Shown here one piece after another: positions 6,589 through 13,575 of a stretch of 13,575 bases of DNA; the first letter of the stretch is position 1; every line of letters starts with the position of its first letter. Source of the stretch: a bacterium (GTDB lineage Bacteria > Fidelibacterota > Marinisomatia > Marinisomatales > UBA1611); NCBI GenBank assembly GCA_038127595.1, contig JAYPIC010000040.1, positions 1 through 13,575 of the forward strand, written 5' to 3'. The notes below the pieces were generated by a model. The model saw nothing but the letters and a program-made list of their open reading frames with translations, was not told where the DNA came from and did no database searches. Made by a program: the position numbers and the translations under genes.

Positions 6589-8815
6589 TATGTTCTCGAG
6601 TATTTACTTTATATTAAAAAATATCTTTCTGTGTAAAATTGCAGGATTGTTTTTAATAACGATTTTCATTCAAAATTGTGCTGAGCCTGAAGATAATGAC
6701 ACTGTTGAAGAGTCTGCCTACGAAAATACTTTGACAAATCAAACTATAGGTGATGGCAGTACTGGAGCAATTGATGATTATTTTTATGATTTTAATGATG
6801 CAGTTGATGCAAAATTCTTCAGATATTCAAAATCAAGGTTCGGTACTTCTTATGATAAGTACATAACATCATACCCTTATCCGCCAGACTATATGATTAT
6901 GAAAAATTTTCCTGATTATTTGTTGGATGTGGCTCCAGATTCTTTTCAATTTGTAATGCGTCATCCGATTGATACATTAGTTATCGGCGCAGATACTATT
7001 ACATCCGATATAGGTAAGATAGTAGAGGATTCACTTGTTTTATCCTCTTCACAATTCAAAAATCTAGAATCAATTGAGTGGGATTTCGATGCTGAGCCTT
7101 CGCTGCAAAGATATAGATTAAGAAATTCTGCTTGGGTTCAAGAAGACACGATGCTTTATTATGCAGACACATTTGATGTTAAATCATACTGGGCTGTAGT
7201 TGATACGCCTCTAATAGATGATGGTTTTATGTTTGTTGATACTGCTGAATGGCAGGATACTAGTTATGCTTTCATTAAAGATGAAATGATGATTTTTACA
7301 AATAATTTTGAGTTCACAAAAACTCAGATGCATCTAGATTCTCTTATTTTCAGAATCAATACTGATTGTAATGATAACAACAGCTGGGACCAGGCTGAGA
7401 CAGGAGTTGACGACTTCAATGGCGATGGTGACATGAAGGATATCTTATTTGAAAACAATGATAATTTTGATTACAACGGTGACGGTGTCCTTCAGGACAT
7501 AGTATATGAGTTTGTGGATAGGGGTAATGGAATTATTGATCCTGCGGAGACTTATTATGACATTAACGAGAATGGGTCATTCGATTTAAATGAACCTTAT
7601 GAAGACAGGAATTGTAATGGGAAGTGGGATGATGCAGAAATAGTTGATTCAGGTAATGGCCGCTTTGACGATGTTGAAGAATATACTTTTAAAGATGCTG
7701 ATGGTGATGGTGAAAATGAAAAGCATCTATACAAAGTTGGTTCTGTGCCAAATAATATTCTTGTGGATTGGTCAGATCCAGAAAGTCCGCAGCTTTTATT
7801 AAATATTAACATTGGAGATGATTTAACCGATAGGTGGGGAAATGTTTATGAAGACATTATTGAGACTGTTTCATTTGTCGATGTAAAGCGTAAGGAGGTT
7901 GGAGATATTGACTCGCTTGTAACTCTTTATACTAATGATGTAGTTGGGGTGATAAATAGTCCTGCTCAAAACCCTGATGATTTCTATGTAACTAAAACAG
8001 AATTCATATCAAATAGAACAGGAGATGATGGTCTTAGAGTAGATTATGACTATCAAATTTTTTCAAAAGATAATCATGTTAATCAACACATTTATAAAAG
8101 TTATTTTTTACCTTTAGGCTTTTACTGGAGTGAGTATCAGGTCGATCAAGGATTTTGGCAAAAAAATCAGCTTGAAAAAGATATTTTTATGTACACATAT
8201 AATGGACTTTTGCGGGATGGGGAGCATGTAGACACTGCTTATTATGATTCCACTGAAATTGCAGTTTATTTGATTGAAAAATCTTTTCAAGTTGAAAAAT
8301 CGCAAGTAACTGTACCTGCAGCTAAAGTAAGATCAGTATTTGAAAATGGTACATATACCTGTCTAAGGGATAACTCTATTGCGGATTTAGATTCAGACTG
8401 TCCGCAGGTTGATACAACATTTGTGGATTGTTTTAAAGTTACCACAATCACTAACATGACCATGATGGGTTCTGGTGTTGAATATGGACAAAAAGTTTAT
8501 ACTTGGTTAGCCAAAGACCAGGGAATAGTAAAAAGTGACCTTTATATTCGCTGGACCGAGAATCCGTATTTTGATAACCCTAATGCAACAGGGGAGATTG
8601 ATGAAAGTGGGCAAGTCTGGTCAGGCTTCTCTAGGATTGAGCTAGCTGAAATCAATGTCGAGAAATCTGGAAATGTTTTTCGTAGGCTCTCTAGCCCAGC
8701 TCAGATAGTTAAAATGGAAGATTTTAAGGATATCCCAGATTTTGATTATGATCCATATAAGATTAGTAACCAAACCGGTTTTCATACGATTAATTTTGAT
8801 GAGGACTTAAGATGA
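6581..8815 (+). CDS. Hypothetical acidic outer-membrane/surface lipoprotein with Ca2+-binding-type repeats and a C-terminal DUF3108-like/TapB-like beta motif
   Basis: Hydrophobic N-terminus ending FIQN-C (Cys codon 6677-6679, atypical lipobox), followed by an acidic tether. About 8 DxNxNG/DxDGDG motifs lie at 7364-7720, and VTVPAA...TFVDCFKV...WLAKDQGIVK lies near the C-terminus. The start may be ATG 6581 or 6590. Confidence 0.75.
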   Translation: MLIMFSSIYFILKNIFLCKIAGLFLITIFIQNCAEPEDNDTVEESAYENTLTNQTIGDGSTGAIDDYFYDFNDAVDAKFFRYSKSRFGTSYDKYITSYPYPPDYMIMKNFPDYLLDVAPDSFQFVMRHPIDTLVIGADTITSDIGKIVEDSLVLSSSQFKNLESIEWDFDAEPSLQRYRLRNSAWVQEDTMLYYADTFDVKSYWAVVDTPLIDDGFMFVDTAEWQDTSYAFIKDEMMIFTNNFEFTKTQMHLDSLIFRINTDCNDNNSWDQAETGVDDFNGDGDMKDILFENNDNFDYNGDGVLQDIVYEFVDRGNGIIDPAETYYDINENGSFDLNEPYEDRNCNGKWDDAEIVDSGNGRFDDVEEYTFKDADGDGENEKHLYKVGSVPNNILVDWSDPESPQLLLNINIGDDLTDRWGNVYEDIIETVSFVDVKRKEVGDIDSLVTLYTNDVVGVINSPAQNPDDFYVTKTEFISNRTGDDGLRVDYDYQIFSKDNHVNQHIYKSYFLPLGFYWSEYQVDQGFWQKNQLEKDIFMYTYNGLLRDGEHVDTAYYDSTEIAVYLIEKSFQVEKSQVTVPAAKVRSVFENGTYTCLRDNSIADLDSDCPQVDTTFVDCFKVTTITNMTMMGSGVEYGQKVYTWLAKDQGIVKSDLYIRWTENPYFDNPNATGEIDESGQVWSGFSRIELAEINVEKSGNVFRRLSSPAQIVKMEDFKDIPDFDYDPYKISNQTGFHTINFDEDLR

Positions 8816-11800
8816 TGAGGTCAATTAAAATTATATTTTTGATATGCATCAATATAGTTTCATTTACTCTTGCTGGAACTGATGGCACCATAAGAGGCAG
8901 AGTAACAGATGAAGAATCAATGGAGCTTCCTGGAGCAACTATTTATCTGCCAGAACTAGGTATCGGTGCTGCAGCAGATCCTGAGGGTAATTTCATTATT
9001 CTTAACATACCTGTAGGAAAATATGATGTCGTGGTTCAAATGGTAGGTTACCAAAAGAAAACGTATAGAGAGGTTCAAGTTGTGATGGACCAAACTGTAT
9101 GGCTGAACCCCACTTTGCCAGTGGCTGCTGTAGAGGGCGATGAAGTGGAGGTTCTGGGTACTAGGCCATTAGTCGAGAGAGGCACTACCTCAAAAAAAAT
9201 TACTGTTGATAAAGAAGCTATACAATCACTACCTATTAGAGATATGTCAGAGCTTTATTCTTTGCAGTCAGGCGTTGTTAAAGTTGAAAGTAAAACTAGA
9301 GGTATCCCAAATCAAGAGGAGAGAGGCTTAGAGGAAGTCCATGTTAGAGGTGGAAGGTCAGGAGAGATCGCCTACATGATAGATGGTATGTATGTCAGAA
9401 ATCCAATTTTTGGAGGTATTGGCTCTGGTACTAGGCTGAATTTATTTGCTATAAATGAGTTTGATTGGCAACCAGGAGGTTTTAATGCTGAATATGGTGA
9501 CGCTATGTCAGCTGTTTCCAACTGGCATACTTCTTCTGGTGGAGAAAATATAGAATATCATTTTGAGTATGAAACGAGTCTTGTGGGGGCATTTATTAAT
9601 GGATTAAGAGGTAAAAAAGACGACACTGAGAATTTTGATAAATTAAGGGGGCTTAATGATTACAATTTTGGTATTGGGGGCCCTGTATTAGGCATTCCTA
9701 AACTTAGATTTTGGTTTAGTGGGCAGCATACCTCGGAAGAAAATTACAGTGTCTATGAATTTGATGATAGAGTATATCTTGGCGAAGATCAAGATTTGCT
9801 ACTAGATACACTAGCTTTAAATAAGGAAAGCTTAGTTAATCCATGGGATAACATAGCTGGATTCAGAGGATTTGGCTTTGATAAAACGACTGATATTTTT
9901 GCAAAGTTAAGCTACAATCATTCAAGTAAGCTAAGATTTAATTTGAGTTACTGGCGTGTTGCAAACCACCTGCAGGCATTTAATCCACGATATCTATATT
10001 GGGACGAGGGTAGGAATGAATTATTTCGAGACACTTATAGAGTCAATTTCGAAATTAATCATTCTCTAACGCAACGGACATTCTACACAATTCGCTTTGC
10101 CCGTTTTATTCAAGATCAATTTCAAGGCGTTCGTTGGAGGGATAATGATAATGATGGTTTTCCAAACTGGTTTGAGTGGCGCCATCCAGCGGGCAATAAA
10201 GAAATATCAGACCCACACAATCCTTATGTTGTTCCATACACCATAGGTGAGGATGGAGATACTTTAAGGTATACAAATAGAGATGATCTAAGCGGATGGT
10301 ATGTTGGTGCTACTCCTGGTATGTGGAATTGGGAATCTGCAGAAAAGTTTGATGATTCAAATGGTAATGGCGTGTGGGATGTTGGAGAGGATTTTACTGA
10401 TTGGGATAATGATGGCTCCTGGGATGGCCCAGAGATGGTAAAAGAGTTAGAGTACAGAGATAATAGCTATTGGTTAGAGCCAGAGATGTATGAAGATTAT
10501 GAGCCTTTTTTGGATTATAATAGCATTAGGCTTCAGTTTGAAAATGTCCCTGGTAATTCACAAGCGCCATCGAACATACCGTGGGATCCGGATAATATTT
10601 ATTATTACATGCCCACCCCGCAAGGCTATGTATGGGAAGAGGGCCGTGCATTTGGTGGGCACGATAATTTTTACGCAGATTCAAGAGCTACGACAGATGA
10701 GGTTAGAGTTGATTTAACATCTCAAATAACCGATAAGTGGAAGGCTAGGTGGGGACTTGATTATAAGTATCATAGGTTAAATTTTTACGAAATTGTTAGT
10801 CCATGGTTAGGGCAAGCTGCTACTAGGCAGACTTTCGCAGAATATTGGCAAGACACTGGTCCCGATGGATTGTTACCTATTGATAGTGGTTATGTGAATC
10901 CTGATATTGGTGAAAATAATGGAAGGTGGGATGAGGGAGAGAAGTTTTCAGATTCTAATCAAAATGGCAGATGGGATGATTATCGTGAGCCTGAAGAATT
11001 TTCAGCCTACATGCAGAATACTTTTGAAGTGCCATGGATGGTCATCAACTATGGGATTCGTGTAGATGCTGTAAATTATAATACGCAAATATGGGCCGAT
11101 ACTTCCGGTAAATATACTCCTGGTACGCCTTGGTATTATTCTGATTTAAATGATAATGATCAATGGGATAGTAATGAGGAAGTAAGTGTTCTTGCTGGTC
11201 TTCCTAGGCAAAAAGTAATTTTAAAAAATGCAGATTGGTTCTATAAAATTAGTCCTAGAATAGGTTTCAGCCATGTAATTACTGACAAGTCAACTTTTAC
11301 ATTTAATTATGGACTATATTATCAGACCCCTACTTATCAGAATATTTATTTAAATACAAACAGACTTGAAGATCCTGAAGAGTTATTTGAAGAAGGGGAA
11401 GGTCAAGTTGGTAATGCTACAATGAACGCTCAGAGAACTCAGTCATATTCAGCTGGCTTCAACGTTCAAGTTGGTCAAAATTGGTCCTATTCTATGATGG
11501 CATGGGTAAAAAATATGGATCAGCTAACAAAAAATACATTCCAAAGATCGGGTGTTTATTCATATAATATTAGTGATAATGGTGATTATGGTAGCGCAAA
11601 GGGAATTGATCTAACATTGAAATTTAGAGGGCGGGCTTTTGGTTCTCAATTGCAATATACTTATTCAATTGCAAAAAATAACAGTGAATATGCTTGGGCT
11701 AATGTTAGTGGTCAGTATGTTGACGCTCCAAGTCAAGAGTCATTGCAGTTTTATGACAGACCTCACGATCTAACATTTTGGTTATACACAGGACTTCCAT

Positions 11801-12195
11801 TTGGAATTAATGCTGCTTTAACAGCTTTTTATCAGAGCGGAGGTCCTTACACTCCTTATATTTTTGCAGGTAAAGATCCAAAACCTGATGAAAAAAATAT
11901 AAATACTAAGCGAGGACCAGCATTTAGAAATGTTAACCTTAATTTTAATAAATATATATCCATAATGGACCATAGAATTAGTGTTGGCCTTAGTGTATAT
12001 AATGTTCTTGATATTAGAAATGAAGTAGATGTTTGGCCATTGACTGGTAAAGCAGGTAATCCTGGAGCGTACTACACAGATAGAGTAGGGTTACCAGATT
12101 CTGAACATTATCTATCTAGTGCATATTATGATCGTCCCTGGAGATTTTCACAACCTAGAGAAATAAATTTTAATGTGAGGTTCGACTTTGATTAA
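8812..12195 (+). CDS. TonB-dependent outer-membrane receptor with N-terminal carboxypeptidase-regulatory-like domain
   Basis: Signal peptide, then GTIRGRVTD...LPGATI...EGNFIILNIPVGKYDV..QMVGY (CarboxypepD_reg-like domain) and TonB-box-like DEVEVLG. Plug motifs HVRGGRSGEIAYMIDG and GGFNAEYGDAMS, barrel motifs ISPRIGFSH and FNYGLYYQTP, and C-terminal beta-signal PREINFNVRFDFD follow. GAGGA RBS at 8801-8805 and ATGA overlap with the upstream gene. Confidence 0.93.
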   Translation: MMRSIKIIFLICINIVSFTLAGTDGTIRGRVTDEESMELPGATIYLPELGIGAAADPEGNFIILNIPVGKYDVVVQMVGYQKKTYREVQVVMDQTVWLNPTLPVAAVEGDEVEVLGTRPLVERGTTSKKITVDKEAIQSLPIRDMSELYSLQSGVVKVESKTRGIPNQEERGLEEVHVRGGRSGEIAYMIDGMYVRNPIFGGIGSGTRLNLFAINEFDWQPGGFNAEYGDAMSAVSNWHTSSGGENIEYHFEYETSLVGAFINGLRGKKDDTENFDKLRGLNDYNFGIGGPVLGIPKLRFWFSGQHTSEENYSVYEFDDRVYLGEDQDLLLDTLALNKESLVNPWDNIAGFRGFGFDKTTDIFAKLSYNHSSKLRFNLSYWRVANHLQAFNPRYLYWDEGRNELFRDTYRVNFEINHSLTQRTFYTIRFARFIQDQFQGVRWRDNDNDGFPNWFEWRHPAGNKEISDPHNPYVVPYTIGEDGDTLRYTNRDDLSGWYVGATPGMWNWESAEKFDDSNGNGVWDVGEDFTDWDNDGSWDGPEMVKELEYRDNSYWLEPEMYEDYEPFLDYNSIRLQFENVPGNSQAPSNIPWDPDNIYYYMPTPQGYVWEEGRAFGGHDNFYADSRATTDEVRVDLTSQITDKWKARWGLDYKYHRLNFYEIVSPWLGQAATRQTFAEYWQDTGPDGLLPIDSGYVNPDIGENNGRWDEGEKFSDSNQNGRWDDYREPEEFSAYMQNTFEVPWMVINYGIRVDAVNYNTQIWADTSGKYTPGTPWYYSDLNDNDQWDSNEEVSVLAGLPRQKVILKNADWFYKISPRIGFSHVITDKSTFTFNYGLYYQTPTYQNIYLNTNRLEDPEELFEEGEGQVGNATMNAQRTQSYSAGFNVQVGQNWSYSMMAWVKNMDQLTKNTFQRSGVYSYNISDNGDYGSAKGIDLTLKFRGRAFGSQLQYTYSIAKNNSEYAWANVSGQYVDAPSQESLQFYDRPHDLTFWLYTGLPFGINAALTAFYQSGGPYTPYIFAGKDPKPDEKNINTKRGPAFRNVNLNFNKYISIMDHRISVGLSVYNVLDIRNEVDVWPLTGKAGNPGAYYTDRVGLPDSEHYLSSAYYDRPWRFSQPREINFNVRFDFD

Positions 12196-13575
12196 GAACA
12201 AAAATTTATTTGCAATTATTGCAATTATATCTTTTGCCATAACAAATGTTACAGCAAATCCAAATAAATATGATCGTGATAAAATAATAGATCCCTTCCG
12301 CAAAACATCCTCAGCTAGAATTGGAGATTATCCTTTTCCAACTAACCCGATGAACGATAGAGCTATCGGATATTTACTGCAAGGAAAAATAAATAATGGT
12401 ATCTCTAATTATGGTAATATCATAAATTGGGATGAGCAGCCATCAGGTCTCTGGGGTGACTATTCTTATCTTCCATCAGTTGCTTTTTTAGCTGGTTTGC
12501 CAGGCCACAAACGGACTTCAGAATTTGAATGGGAACAGTTAGAGTCTGTTGTAGACTCTGAGGGTAATGTTCAGTACAGTATATGGGAGTCGCAGAGTGC
12601 ATACGAAGCCTGGTATGATAATGGTGACACTAATTTTGTTGGTATTCTTTTTAATGCGGAAGAGGATTTTGGTAAATGGGATCCGGACAGCATTTCAAAA
12701 AAATTATCAGTTGATGATCTAACCGATGCCTATCAGTGGGTTGAGGATGCTGATAATTCTAGTATAATTATTAGCACCCTTGGTGAGAATGATCCTAACC
12801 GTTCTTCAGCTAGGATTGGTTTTATTCACCCTTGGGCGTTAAGGCCTAAACTTAAAAGTCGTGAAGATCAATTTGATCTATACGATTACGGTAAGGATCA
12901 GGAAGAGTGGACAGCGGATGATAATTTATTTTATTATGGAGCTACTGCATCTGAATCTTGGTTTACAAGGAGTGATCCTTCGTTCAATACTGATTGGCAT
13001 GCTAGCACAATGTCTAGAACAAACACCCATAACACTGAAGTTACAGCGGGTGATTTGTTTGGAGATACTTATGTGACCGATGCTGGAGATACTTATCCTT
13101 TGCTAGCCCATAGTGATTATTCCTCTACTTGGCCTACAAGGTTTAACTCTGATCTTGCTGAAAATGAGGCATATTGGCCTGGCAGGTGGAGTCAGGATTA
13201 TAATACATTTCTACCGGGTTGTGATAACTCTAGAAAAGATCCGGATTGTTGGGAGGAAGTACCTGGCCGGTTTGTATCGGATATGGATGTTTATATGGAA
13301 TTTGACGATAGGTGGGCTCATCGCGGTAATGTAGTTAATACAAATAATGAGTATGAAACCACCGGATACCCAACGGGGTTAAGGGTGATGGCAACTGCCC
13401 ATTCATATGGGGTTTCATATGCTGAAGATATAATGTTTGTAACAGTAAATGTTCGTAATGAAAGTGGCGACTGGTGTGCAGAAGACGAATATGGAGTTCC
13501 TGTTTTAGATGACGATGGTAACCAAATTTGCGGAGAAGGTATGATCATGCCTGATGGGACAAAATTAAACCGCGG
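12188..13575 (+). CDS. Large secreted hypothetical protein, 3'-partial (at least 462 aa), TonB-receptor-associated family; absent from the supplied ORF track
   Basis: TTG at 12188 with GAGGT RBS at 12177-12181 and an 8-nt overlap with the receptor stop. My translation is stop-free to the window end: MIKNKNLFAIIAIISFAITNVTA-NPNKY...GKINNGISNYGNI...STWP...YWPGRW...GRFVSDMDVYMEFDD...YPTGLRVMATAHSYGVSYAEDIMFVTVNVRNES...PDGTKLNR. Confidence 0.9.
   Translation, partial: MIKNKNLFAIIAIISFAITNVTANPNKYDRDKIIDPFRKTSSARIGDYPFPTNPMNDRAIGYLLQGKINNGISNYGNIINWDEQPSGLWGDYSYLPSVAFLAGLPGHKRTSEFEWEQLESVVDSEGNVQYSIWESQSAYEAWYDNGDTNFVGILFNAEEDFGKWDPDSISKKLSVDDLTDAYQWVEDADNSSIIISTLGENDPNRSSARIGFIHPWALRPKLKSREDQFDLYDYGKDQEEWTADDNLFYYGATASESWFTRSDPSFNTDWHASTMSRTNTHNTEVTAGDLFGDTYVTDAGDTYPLLAHSDYSSTWPTRFNSDLAENEAYWPGRWSQDYNTFLPGCDNSRKDPDCWEEVPGRFVSDMDVYMEFDDRWAHRGNVVNTNNEYETTGYPTGLRVMATAHSYGVSYAEDIMFVTVNVRNESGDWCAEDEYGVPVLDDDGNQICGEGMIMPDGTKLNR

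Noticed and set aside
10141..10159. Fur-box-like GATAATGATAATGATGGTT
   Set aside because: It lies deep inside the receptor CDS and is fully explained by the codons for Asp-Asn-Asp-Asn-Asp-Gly.
13060..13096. 13-bp direct repeat TGGAGATACTTAT, 24 bp apart
   Set aside because: There are only two copies, in frame within a CDS (GDTY twice). It is not CRISPR-like or a target-site duplication of any visible element.
738..13548. Short alternative-frame and minus-strand ORFs in the ORF track (e.g. 1677-2051, 2465-2887, 5715-6053, 12861-13076, 13113-13334, 13318-13548)
   Set aside because: All are nested within well-supported long + strand genes, including the unlisted ORF from 12188, and show no recognisable motifs. 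They are treated as shadow ORFs.

Overview
This is a low-GC bacterial chromosomal window with ten + strand genes and no RNA genes, mobile elements or CRISPR array that I can support. The gene order is: a 5'-truncated rhodanese lipoprotein, an EamA/DMT transporter, a 63-aa hypothetical protein, a secreted protein of about 20 MORN-variant repeats, the tig-clpP-clpX operon, a candidate terminator, and a tightly overlapping three-gene outer-membrane cluster. In the tig-clpP-clpX operon, ClpX lacks the N-terminal zinc-binding domain and the trigger factor PPIase domain looks degenerate. The outer-membrane cluster encodes a 744-aa probable lipoprotein, an 1127-aa TonB-dependent receptor, and a secreted protein of at least 462 aa that the ORF track missed (TTG start at 12188, running off the window). 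The lipoprotein and the receptor share multiple acidic Dx(N/D)x(N/D)GxWD..E Ca2+-binding-type repeats, and there is no SusD homologue in view. This cluster is the best candidate for an uncharacterised surface uptake/adhesion system. The gene style suggests an FCB-group organism such as Marinimicrobia (SAR406), but that is inference only.
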